A DNA stretch of 63,396 nt, filler included, from Lenisia limosa (lineage: Eukaryota; Protista; Breviatea), in NCBI GenBank assembly GCA_001655205.1. It is 12 parts of 12 records of this genome, joined end to end, with 100 filler letters (N's around TTAATTAATTAA, not from the genome) between each part and the next. Parts side by side here need not be neighbours in the genome. Positions count along the whole stretch, not along the records: positions 8,530 to 14,404 come from LPNZ01008641.1; positions 14,505 to 16,666 come from LPNZ01000038.1; positions 16,767 to 17,985 come from LPNZ01004117.1; positions 18,086 to 32,612 come from LPNZ01011190.1; 8 more parts are not named here. The stretch is one strand, 5' to 3'. The position numbers were made by a program, and so were the translations under genes. A model generated the notes under the pieces. The model made no database searches. It was not told the origin of the DNA and saw nothing but the letters and a program-made list of their open reading frames with translations. Positions 11,501 to 22,718 of this stretch are shown in pieces (the stretch's first letter is position 1; every line of letters starts with the position of its first letter).

Positions 11501-14400
11501 CGTAACCTTCATGTCGTCGTCTGCCTGTCCCCCCTTCATCCCAGGTGGACTGGTGTATTGAGATGATGATCATGGCTTCAGCCATAATCTATAATCTGAT
11601 AATCCCATATAAACGTGATAGCAGGCTCCGGTTATAATCTAATAATGCAACAATACCCCATATACACGTGATGTTGTGGACGGCTTCAGCATGTGTACTT
11701 TTCTCATTTCAAGGGGCGTCACTGTGGGTTCCAAAAAATGTATAATATCGATATTTATCGAGGATTTATCGAAAAACTAAGGGGTTTTGGAAACTATAAT
11801 GAAGCTAACGTTACAACCTAATCGATTTAGATTCCACCTCCGCCTTCGGCTTTTCCCCGCAATCACGAGTTGCTCCTACATTGACTGGGTCGACGAGTGG
11901 AGTCCCCAAGCACTCAAGGTCTGTCGTATACCATATTGGGAAGTGATACTACTTGCCATATTAGGAAGTTACAGTGTTTATCATACATACTAGGAAGGTA
12001 TAACAATAAATAAGGTAATATCAAGTCTCACTCCTTCCCATATTTTCCAACACATTAGGTTGTCTCTCTATTAGGTAATTACAATAACAACACATACCAT
12101 ATGAGGCACTTCCGTCACTTAAAATATCATGAATCTCCTGTACTACTATAAAAGGAAGTTCCACTACTTACCATATAAGGACGTCGCCCTCCGTCGCCTC
12201 AGTTCTCTGGAGATATCGGTCGAACAAACCGAGGCCCTTGCCGCCTTCGCGGTGGAGCTGCATAATGTACGTGGGGTTCCATTTGTACATGCAATGGAGT
12301 AGATTCTGGGTAATTTTTTCATGAATCATAGTTTATATTTAGAGGGTGCTTTAATGTGTTAAGAAGGCAATTCACTGGACAAACTTGGACACAAAAAAAT
12401 GAAGAAGAAAAAAAAAAAGCATTATAGAGAATTGGGATACTAAAAATAAATAATGTTGGTTTTTTTGACATCAAAAAATACATTGGAATAACGTATTCTG
12501 CCCATGATGAAGGTATCAGCCGCCCTTCCACCCCTAGGAAAGTAATACTCCCCCTACCCCCATCAGCCGCCAACAGAGTTAACTTTGGGCNNNNNNNNNN
12601 NNNNNNNNNNNNNNNNNNNNNNNNNNNNNNNNNNNNNNNNNNNNNNNNNNNNNNNNNNNNNNNNNNNNNNNNNNNNNNNNNNNNNNNNNNNNNNNNNNNN
12701 NNNNNNNNNNNNNNNNNNNNNNNNNNNNNNNNNNNNNNNNNNNNNNNNNNNNNNNNNNNNNNNNNNNNNNNNNNNNNNNNNNNNNNNCACTCTACATTCC
12801 CCCTGCAACTTATATGGCGTTCTTGGACACCTTGAGAGGTGGGGGGACCGCGATGTTGTTGTTTTATTGTTTTGTTTCTTTGTTTTGTTTTTTGCTAACA
12901 GAGTTGATTTTCGGCTCTTTTTTATGTTTTTTTCAATTTAACTCCCGTAACCCCCCTCCTGCAGCTCTCCACGACCACAAGCACACTGAGTTGAACGAGA
13001 AGAAGGACCGCTACTTTGGTGGTCTGAATAAAATGGAACTGTCTGCCTCGCTCATATCCGAGATGAAGGTGGGAGGGGGCTTTTTTTTTGGACAAGAGAT
13101 ATGATAAACATATTATACACGTAGAAATCTAGGGAAACAGATTACTACATAGGGTTACCATGTGAAGATTGGAGGTATAAGGAGGGAAGAGGAATGATCG
13201 CACAGAGTTTACATTTCGGCATACTGATCTCTGATTCTTTTCAAATTGGTAAATAATTCATCGGCAATCTTGTCACTCTTTGGGATCATAATAAATGAGC
13301 GGGGTGCTGGGATCGTATAGAGAACAAGAACTAGAGGACCCTACCTAAACCGACAATAGATTTCTGGGCTTTTTGTTTCTTAAATCTACTCCTCCCCACT
13401 CCCATGATATTTTTGAAAAGCATTTTACCGCCACGCTGGAGTGATAGGATATGGTGCTACAGAAGCCACTGGCCTGGGCTTTGTTCGTTTTTGTTTTTTT
13501 GTCAACTCGCGTGTTTTTGCTAGCCAACAAGGTTGAATTTTTTTTTTTTTTTTTNNNNNNNNNNNNNNNNNNNNNNNNNNNNNNNNNNNNNNNNNNNNNN
13601 NNNNNNNNNNNNNNNNNNNNNNNNNNNNNNNNNNNNNNNNNNNNNNNNNNNNNNNNNNNNNNNNGAAAGAAACTGAGGAAATTATGACCAGGTATGAGAG
13701 GATGGATAAATTAGGATTAAATGGGCTGGAGAGGAAGGCTGAATTTGAATTAAATGGGCTGGAGAGGAAGGCTGGATTAGGATTAAATGGGCTGGAGAGG
13801 AAGGCTTAATTTGAATTAAATGGGCTGGAGAGGATGGGAAGTTCTTCGGTCCTGCATACCTCCTGTTCCTTTGTTACTCATTCACCGACTGGCCTGGGCT
13901 TTGGGTGTTTGTCAGTTAAACATGTGTTTCCTGTAGACAGACTTGATTTTCGACATTTTTTACTCAAAAATACATTGAACTTCTCTCCCAAGTCAATAAT
14001 ACACCTCTCCCCAGGATCTCAAGTGAGCGTGAGGCTGCAGCGCAACGACGCGAAGTAGTGGCGGAGGAGGAAGCGGTCGCGGAGAGCAGAGCACAGGAGG
14101 CTCGGAGCATCCAGGTGGGTCCTAGTTAGGACTTCACTTCGGTTTGAAAAAGTCCAGCAAAATATCGACGATTTATCGAGGATTTATCGAGAAATTCCGT
14201 CTTTTTTTGATCCGAAGTTAAGCCCTAGTGCTATAATACTGTTATATGGGTTATGTAATGATTATCCTACCTAATCCCCTCTTACAATATTCCAGGACGA
14301 GTGCGAGGCAGCCCTCCAGAATGTTATGCCGGAGCTGCACAAGGCCCAGAAAGACCTTGAAACCCTCAATAAGAACGACATCTACGAGATCAAATCCATG
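8530..14400 (+). CDS. Axonemal dynein heavy chain, internal fragment (end of AAA3, AAA4, start of stalk); probably inner-arm type
   Basis: Exons translate to LWGHECSRVFKDRL, LVWFPSAVQHLLRISRIL, GHAVLIGVVGSGRRALTRLA (AAA4 P-loop, about 10257-10349), FDDINALLNTASVPGLF, LRLFPAITSCSYIDWVDEWSPQAL and DECEAALQNVMPELHKAQKDLETLNKNDIYEIKSM. All are characteristic dynein heavy-chain motifs in the right order. Subfamily is inferred. Confidence 0.95.
13712..13833. repeat. Intronic minisatellite, ~33-bp unit x4
   Basis: Repeated ATTAAATGGGCTGGAGAGGAAGGCT with short variable linkers. Confidence 0.85.
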
Positions 14401-14404
14401 GTGT

Positions 14405-14504
14405 NNNNNNNNNNNNNNNNNNNNNNNNNNNNNNNNNNNNNNNNNNNNTTAATTAATTAANNNNNNNNNNNNNNNNNNNNNNNNNNNNNNNNNNNNNNNN
14501 NNNN
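14405..14504. other. Artificial scaffold spacer 3
   Basis: 44N-TTAATTAATTAA-44N. Confidence 0.97.
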
Positions 14505-15010
14505 AGGATGTGTTTGGTTGAATGGGGGGGGGGGCATTCCAGCTCTAGAGGGCCCGGTGTGCTTGTGCTAAAATTTGTGAGAAAATTCCATTCCCAAAAT
14601 TCCAGAAGAATTCCTGAAGTAACACACATAAGTACATAAGTTGTGCACACATCACACTGCAAGCACTGCAGTGGTAGAGAGCAACTCGCATCTACTTTGT
14701 AAATAGTGGCGGNNNNNNNNNNNNNNNNNNNNNNNNNNNNNNNNNNNNNNNNNNNNNNNNNNNNNNNNNNNNNNNNNNNNNNNNNNNNNNNNNNNNNNNN
14801 NNNNNNNNNNNNNNNNNNNNNNNNNNNNNNNNNNNNNNNNNNNNNNNNNNNNNNNNNNNNNNNNNNNNNNNNNNNNNNNNNNNNNNNNNNNNNNNNNNNN
14901 NNNNNNNNNNNNNNNNNNNNNNNNNNNNNNNNNNNNNNNNNNNNNNNNNNNNNNNNNNTGTGCGGGATGTATTATCCGCTTCTGTGCTTGGGCAAGGAGG
15001 AATATATATA

Positions 15011-15088
15011 CAGTGACCAGGATAAATCTTAACCGATTTGCTATGTGATTTCCCAAGGAAAATCGGTCAAGACTTATCTCGGTCACTG
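15011..15088. mobile_element. 78-bp Tc1/mariner-type MITE (family D)
   Basis: TA-CAGTGACC..GATAA.TCTT..CCGATTT / AAATCGGTCAAGACTTATCTCGGTCACTG-TA: long imperfect TIRs with TA flanks. Partial copies at about 20949-21017, 57577-57642 and 62563-62580. Confidence 0.8.
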
Positions 15089-15489
15089 TATATTTAGCAA
15101 TATTTCTTAGAAACGTGATGTGGACGGCTTCGGCCAGATTCAACCGTATTTTTTTATTTCTCATTGCTATATACTNNNNNNNNNNATGTGGACGGCTTCG
15201 GCCAGATTCAACCGTATTTTTTTATTTCTCATTGCTATATACTCCTCCTAGGCTTGGGCGTTGGTCGCCGATTAGTCGGGTCTGAATCGAGCTGTTACAC
15301 TTGAAGGAATAATATATATTCGCTAGAATTAGGACGTTTTTGTTACATAATTTGTTTCATAAAATTTCCATTTGTGAGTGGTGTGGCCGTTAGGTCTAGG
15401 CGGCTTATTTGCAAATGATTGGGCGAAACTATAATCCATTATATCATATAAGCATGATGGTGTGGACGGTTTCGGCCAGATACAAACTT

Positions 15490-16444
15490 TTTATATTTTT
15501 CACTCTTCAATAATGTCGAGTTCAGGTAATTAATATTCATCTTTGAATCATCTTTCACTAATCTGCAAGTAGACAATGAAGGCCCCTTCACCGTCATTTG
15601 GACTACCCATACGCCTTGTGTTGGTGCTGGCGCTATGTACATGCCTCTCGTTTAGTATCATGTGAGGGGGGCTTCCCTTCAGTTCGAAAAATGACTGAAT
15701 TTCTCGATAGTTTCTCGAAAACTATCGATATTGTATCGGTTTTTTTCGAACCAAAGTGAAACCCTATGAGGGAGGTTTAGATATTGAATGAAGATATTAC
15801 GAGGGGGCTGATAGGTTGCGAGGGTGGAAAGAGGGTTTTGGGATTTAACTGCGTTTTGCTTTTTTTGTGATGTAGTTGGGGATGATTCAGATACAATTGT
15901 TTTTTTACAATAAAGCATGGCAACTTCATACTTGTAGAGCATTATATCGCTATTAGCAGGTACTTTAGAACTGGCTAACAAAGTGTCATGTTCAAGATNN
16001 NNNNNNNNTCCTTCAGTTCGAAAAATGACTGAATTTCTCGATAGTTTCTCGAAAACTATCGATATTATATCGGTTTTTTTCGAACCAAAGTGAAACCCTA
16101 TGAGGGAGGTTTAGATATTGAATGAAGATATTACGAGGGGGCTGATAGGTTGCGAGGGTGGAAAGAGGGTTTTGGGATTTAACTGCGTTTTGCTTTTTTT
16201 GTGATGTAGTTGGGGATGATTCAGATACAATTGTTTTTTTACAATAAAGCATGGCAACTTCATACTTGTAGCGCATTATATCGCTATTAGCAGGTACTTT
16301 AGAACTGGCTAACAAAGTGTCATGTTCAAGATAATCCTTGTCGTTGCCACACTCCTCATTTATCAGACAATCCCATAATGGCACTGTTGATATGGATGTT
16401 ACGGCCCCCATTCGCCTATCTTCTCCTGCTACTAAAGCGTACAC
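15490..16444 (-). CDS. Unassigned gene fragment (one exon duplicated across a small gap)
   Basis: Open exons ..WDCLINEECGNDKDYLEHDTLLASSKVPANSDIMRYKYEVAMLYCKK.. and GMYIAPAPTQGVWVVQMTVKGPSLSTCRL..; the intron between them carries a family-A MITE. Confidence 0.45.
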
Positions 16445-16666
16445 TGACGGTGAGCTTATTTTTTAAGGAACAAGGGGATCACTTTGTTAATTAAGAACAA
16501 AACCAAATACAGAAGAAAAGAAGCTGGTACAACTGTCAGAATGTATTGTGGATTCCCTCAAACATAGAATTGAATATTTTGATTCTTATCTTCTCTGTTT
16601 ACAGATGTGTGCATGGGGTTGGAAGGCAAATGATTGTTCCTTTTCATCAATATCACTTTAACTCTG

Positions 16667-16766
16667 NNNNNNNNNNNNNNNNNNNNNNNNNNNNNNNNNN
16701 NNNNNNNNNNTTAATTAATTAANNNNNNNNNNNNNNNNNNNNNNNNNNNNNNNNNNNNNNNNNNNN
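16667..16766. other. Artificial scaffold spacer 4
   Basis: 44N-TTAATTAATTAA-44N. Confidence 0.97.
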
Positions 16767-16783
16767 GAAAAGAAAGAGAGAGG

Positions 16784-16814
<31 letters not shown>

Positions 16815-16949
16815 ACAAAAACAAAGAAAATACAAAGAAAACAACAAAAATCAAATAAAAAAAAGATAGATAACAAAACAAAGAATACTAATAAAGAAAA
16901 CAAAGATATCGAGCAAAAAAGAAAACAAAGGAAGAAAGCCTTCAAACTT

Positions 16950-17060
16950 GAGGTGGAGAGACCGCATAGTGACAGAGGGGTTGTCTTCTTCGTCCGAATC
17001 TGACCCGACAACTGTTGATGGTCTTGTGACCGGAGTTGTCACCCCGGAGCGAAGATTCTG
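16950..17060 (-). CDS. Isolated exon of an unassigned gene
   Basis: After a CCAG acceptor: NLRSGVTTPVTRPSTVVGSDSDEEDNPSVTMRSLHLK; flanked by intronic repeat families. Confidence 0.4.
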
Positions 17061-17456
17061 GAGCGGGTCAAAATGGACAATTTGGGAGGCAAAAAAAGCC
17101 TAAAATCAACTCTGTTGGCTGAAAACACAAGCCCGGGCCAGTCGCTTCTGCAGCACCGCATCCCACCACTCCAGTAAAAATGGACAATTTATGAAACAAA
17201 CAAACAAAAAGCCTGAGTGTGTTGTCTCGCTTTTCAATTAATTCCTATCCCCCTCTTCAAAAGCTGGCATGGGCTTTGTTTTGTGTGTATTTCATTTGGT
17301 TTGTGTCTAGCTTTAACATTTGTTGCTCGTGTTTGTTGTTCCTTGTTTGTTTTTGCTTTTTGTTTGAAGTTTCGGATTATTTCGTTTGTGATTTTACTTT
17401 TACACCAATATTCTTCAAGACATTTCCTTCGTTTTGCTAAAACTGATATGGCATAA

Positions 17457-17560
17457 CTAGGGCTTCCCTCCGGTCCCAAAAAAAAAGACTGAATTTTTCG
17501 ATAATTCCTCGATAAATATCAATTTTTCATCGTCTGTTTCAGACCGTAGGGAAGCCCTAG
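17457..17560. mobile_element. ~100-bp MITE family A (reference copy)
   Basis: CTAGGGCTTCCCT.CGGTC..GACCGTAGGGAAGCCCTAG termini. Copy 4588-4678 has perfect 19-bp TIRs. Other copies at about 7820-7898, 9125-9203, 9765-9858, 11715-11790, 14127-14228, 15680-15770, 33735-33843, 37250-37310, 55749-55844, 56571-56668, 58495-58550, 62165-62228 and 62457-62510. Confidence 0.88.
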
Positions 17561-17985
17561 ATATAATCCCTACTTCCCCCCCCCCCCACAGATTGGGACA
17601 TGNNNNNNNNNNNNNNNNNNNNNNNNNNNNNNNNNNNNNNNNNNNNNNNNNNNNNNNNNNNNNNNNNNNNNNNNNNNNNNNNNNNNNNNNNNNNNNNNNN
17701 NNATAATAAGTGATAAAAGTGGAATTTTTATGAATACAATTCAAAAATAAAAGGTTAATTTGGACGTTTTGTTTAAGAGCCATCCTATTTTTTTAGACAA
17801 AAATAATATCTAGCGGGGAGGAAAGGGATGTCTCTATTTGTTTAATGGAAATAGCATTGAGAAAAATAAGGTGGTATCTGGCCGAAGCCATCCACATGAT
17901 CACGCTTATAAGAGATATTTGTTTAATGGAAATTATGTCCTTCCAACTTCTGAGGTGGTGTCACAGTGATCGGGAAGTGGCAGGA

Positions 17986-18085
17986 NNNNNNNNNNNNNNN
18001 NNNNNNNNNNNNNNNNNNNNNNNNNNNNNTTAATTAATTAANNNNNNNNNNNNNNNNNNNNNNNNNNNNNNNNNNNNNNNNNNNN
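17986..18085. other. Artificial scaffold spacer 5
   Basis: 44N-TTAATTAATTAA-44N. Confidence 0.97.
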
Positions 18086-21000
18086 AAATAGAAAAGCACT
18101 ATTTAGAACAAGATATTTGAAATCGATCAGTCCAGCATACCACAAGACGCGCGAGAGAGGAGAGCGCTCCAGTTGAATGGGGCGACATACGACAAAAGAA
18201 GTCAGTCACCACAAAAGGTTCAAGAACACCAGATGACGGGAAGATCACAGCAGTCGAGTCCAACAATTCTGGTTCAGCTTCGGTTTCAGGCTCAGAGGAC
18301 GAGCGTGACACTGTACTGAGAGATCTTTCAAGTGTTTCTTTTACAACTTGCATTGGACCTGGGGGGCCGAGTTTATCGTCAAGATGATGGATTGTTTCCA
18401 AGAGGGAATCGTAAGTTCGTGTTGCGGTTGAGAAGCCTTCCAGTAGAGCAGCATCAATGGGATCAATGGTCCAGTGGAAGGGTAAGGCAACATCAGTTCG
18501 GTTGACAATTTGTACTGCACAAGTCAGACTAAATAGCCCCCCCCCCCAGGTGGCTGCCAAAAACACGTTTTCCAAGTTGTTTCATAGAAAAACGGAAATA
18601 TCTTATTGCTGTAAAAAGTAGTTCTGTAGTATATTCACTTGGACATCATTCTCCACAAACCTCGTTTGTAAACTGACGCTGTGACCGGAACCTCAGAGAA
18701 GTCCATAAGAAGTGTCTCGGATCGGGAGCTCGTCTCGGGCGGACCTAGAAATTCAGAGAAATAATAATTTGTTTCGGCCTATCTTGATTTTCGAGAACGT
18801 GAAAATTGATTAAACCGATATGTTAAAGGAAATAATTCTGTTATTCATAACATATTGTAGCCAGACATGGTGAACAAATAACAAAAAGCAGTATGCCAAC
18901 CAAAGTCTTGGGCATTTCCAGAGAACGACTTTTCAGGGCTCATGTGTACAATTTCCACAGTAGTTCTTACGCCACGTCCGCGCAAAATAAGAGGCTAAAA
19001 TGTCAAGAAGTAGAAGAGAGAGTCAAACAGCTCACAAACATTCGTTCAAATACAAATGCAAAAAAGCGAATACAGCAAACCTTCACAGTCATTGTGTCAG
19101 TCAAAAATACAAGCTTCTGTTCAAAGGGTCCCTCCTGTTTCGGAGCAAAAACAACACCAACTGAAATTCCTAGATAGTGTTACAAACAACTGCCCAAGGG
19201 GTGGAAAAGCCAAATGTTTAATTATTTGTAAAAATTATAGACGTATTCCCAAGACCAGAGCACCCATGCTTCAACCACCTTACCTTCATGGGAAATGGCC
19301 AAAAGGGAAGATGAGAGCGTGAAAGCCCCGACAGTTAGCTGGTCATTGGAACTGGTAGACGGACGGTCACAATGGCCTTCGTTTGAAAGGCTCTCACCTT
19401 CTCGTATCGCAGACTTTGATGAAGGCATGTTGAAATTGATTTCCTACAATGTCACATCTATGTTGAACAAACATTATCAAGGGGTCCGAAGAGGTCAAAG
19501 GGAACTTGGGACTTGTCGGGGGGCCAGTAGCATTCGGGGACAAGGGATGCAGAGAACGGAACCGTTTTGTTATCGAAATGAATAACTGAACAGCTTGTTC
19601 CTGACACCAGGCACGATCTGAAATGATGAAAACTACTCAGATTGTATCACTGTAATACTACCCGTTTCTGAAACTTTGTTTTGATGGATTGAAGTAACTT
19701 ACCATGTTAAAAGTAAAAAAAAGACAAATATTTATTATAACTTCAACAAAAGGCAATTACAATTTACTTTTCTTGTAGTAATATTTACCGTACAGCATTA
19801 AAACCTCCCAGGAACTCACCCGATATCGAAAACTTCAGGGAAGTCAACAGTTCTAGGGGGGTGTTTCGCCAGAAGAGGGATAGACGCGACCGTTCCATTG
19901 ATACCTAGGATAAGACGTAAGCATGTCTGATTCAAACAAAATAGATGAAAAAGTAACATACGTGAGACATGTATTTAGGTAAGCTTATTTTGTGGGAGAA
20001 GAAATCCAAATAATCATAGCTCAAACTTCCTGATCTTACCTTCGAGAATCAAAGTATCTTCCTCAGGCTGAAAGGTTTTCGGTTTGAAGAAGACCCTAAT
20101 TTTCATTGACAACCCAGGAGCAAGCCCTGACTTTGACATTTGTTCAGTTGATTTGGAGTCAACAGCAAATACAGAGTTACTAGGAGGGAGAATCCTAAAA
20201 CGCTGGCATAAATTAGAGCCATTGGTAACAGTAACCAGTTTGTCATAAACTTGTCCAGGCTAGACGATTAGTGAAATTCTAGTTACTCGATAACACACCA
20301 TAAAATAGTCATAAAATTTGACAGAGCTTGGTGAAACAGAAAACACAGGGCCTGAAGAAGCTGAAGGAGTTAATGAAATGCTGAACAGAGCAGTGGCATA
20401 CCTTTACGGGTCGTAAATTTATCCGACTGTCCGGCATTCTTCTCAATCATCTTTTTTAAAGTCTTCCTCTCATCAGCTCGTTGTTGGGGGTTCATACTCT
20501 GGGCCCAGACTTTGGCTGCAACATCCACACTGTCAGCCTTGCTTGTTTCAATGTCGTCAGTGGCAACATGCTTTTGAGGCACAGTTACAGCAGTTTTCTT
20601 CTCGTTTGCGAGTCCGATCTTCAAGAGCATTGAAACGCCCGAATCAAAAGCTGGACGGTGAGGGTCAAAATGAAAAAAGTTTTGAAAAGACATAGCTTAA
20701 CTTGACCACATCACTAATTTAACTACATATTTTGACAAATTGATAGTCCGCTAATATTTTTTTATTGTAACATATCGATATTTATCGATGAATTACCGAG
20801 AAAATCAGTCTTACAATGTTGACTAACCTTGATCGGATTGAAGGTATCGTTGCAACTTTGCCTTTTCAATAGCCTGTTCAAGAATTGGCTGAAACAATAA
20901 AGAAACCCAAGACACTCCCATTATGTCTGCAGTTATAAGTTGTATATACAGTGACCGGGATAAGTCTTGACCTATTTTCCTTGGAAAATCACATTGAAAA

Positions 21001-21892
21001 TCGTCAAGACTTACCCCATTTACCGCATTTACCCCCCCCCTCCGCATTTGAGTTAGGGGTAAAATTTGGTTAAAAAATAGAGTGGCTGATTTCCCTCCAA
21101 AAGAATTAACTGTTACATGTGTTGTTTCAAAGACAGAAAATCCTTGATTTTATTAGACTTCCAGCATACAGTAAGGGAAATCAGCCCAGGGTTGGGGCTA
21201 TCCTTGGATTCAAGGCCAATTAAAGCAGATTCAACCGTCGCAAGTTCTTCCTCACGTGTGGTAATAATCTGAAGATGAGACTAACTGAGATGCCTCACTA
21301 CCCACCTTTGCCTTCTCCGCAATAATTGATTGCTTCACTTCAGCTTCTGGTTCCTCCAGATTGTCTGATTTAGGCGGGCTTTCGGGTGCCATCTTGAGAA
21401 GGTGAAATGGGAATACATAAATAGTAAAACAAAATATAAGCTCTAGTGTCAATATCTTATTTACCAACAACACATCCTACGCATAAGAGAGTAGCTCAAA
21501 CAAAAAAAAGCACATTTTGTGGAAATACATCAAATGCATACCTTTGGAGACACTTCAACATTAGGGATGGTAGCACTTGTCTTGACATCTTCCTTACTTT
21601 TCTTTCCCTTTTGCTTTTGCTTCTTTCTTTTCTTCTTAGATTCATCTGTTTCTACTACCACACTGCCGGCCTCTTCCTCAACAGTCTCTTCAAGAACAAC
21701 GGACTGCTCAACCTTTGCGGCTTCAATCTGCACCGCTTGGGCTGTAAGCTGGTCGATCTCTTTAGCAGCTTCTTCAGGGAACACTGATAAAAATGCAGAG
21801 GTAAACAGAAAGGCAGAGGGGGACAGAACCGCAGGAGGAACGTCCGTCGGCGACGAAGGGCGTTCGGCAGTCATGATCGAGGCAGGGCCCAA
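18086..21892 (-). CDS. DLEC1: DLEC1/FAP81-like ciliary central-apparatus protein (ASH-type Ig domains), N-terminal part
   Basis: Exon ~20040-20260 reads PGQVYDKLVTVTNGSNLCQRFRILPPSNSVFAV..GLAPGLSMKIRVFFKP; ~19820-19915 reads IPLLAKHPPRTVDFPEVFDIG; ~18100-18520 reads IVNRTDVALPFHW..IFPSSGVLEPFVVTDFFCRMSP. These match remembered DLEC1 motif order. Exons above 20700 are assigned by position only and may belong to another gene. Confidence 0.72.
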
Positions 21893-22718
21893 GCGTACGC
21901 GGCTCTTTCCAAGCTCTGGGGCTCTATCTCATATGAATAAAGAAATACAGGATGGGGAGGGTCACAAGGAATAACAGGAAGCGCCAAGAGCCGAAATCTC
22001 ATGAAAGACTTCTCCGGTCGCGCTGGTCGCGCCAGAATTATCGATTTTGTTTGTTTCCAGTGTTCAAGCGCGAGGCCCAGATAACGAAGCAACAATTACA
22101 CGCCGTAACATAGAATATAGAACATATTTGGGAACTTGCTAGAACGTATTCTGTCCGCGATGTCCCCATCTGATCAGCCGTAATCGACCTTCTTTCCTCC
22201 CAACTCCACTCTACGTGGATATAAATGAATCCAAACGAGCTTATCAAGGAGATATTGTGATATTTACATCTTGAAGAGATGGTAGCAATGCCTGAAAATG
22301 TTAGTGATGTGTCAGCCTTTTCTCTCTGTGTCTATTCTATTTTGCTTCTGAACATAAAAAACTTTATATTTTACTAACATCATCCAAAGTTATTAATTTT
22401 TAAAATGTTTTTTTTTTTGAGGCTGATGATTCTATTATCTCGTGTCTTTTGTTTGTTTTATTTTTATTAAATAGCTTCATGAAAGTTTTAAGTTTCAGCT
22501 CGTCACTTGCAAGACTGCTGTTAAATTGAGATTCGAGACTGAATAACATATCAGAGGGAACAGCTCAACTAAAATTTCATTATGTTTAACTTTTTATCCT
22601 TAAACATACTATTTTCATAAATCAGATGTTTTAAGTGAGTACTTTTTTGCATATTTTGTTATTATTATTATTTTCATTTTATGTTAGACCACCAACAAGA
22701 GGCGATTGTTCTTGGAAG

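Noticed and set aside
13712-13833. CRISPR-like arrays (also 10425-10500, 39770-39850, 49290-49432)
   Set aside because: Head-to-tail minisatellites without unique spacers, in eukaryotic DNA with no cas genes.
15679-16330. Tandem gene duplication (also 15116-15241)
   Set aside because: Near-identical copies (two substitutions seen) on either side of ~10-N gaps; most likely unmerged contig overlaps or alleles.
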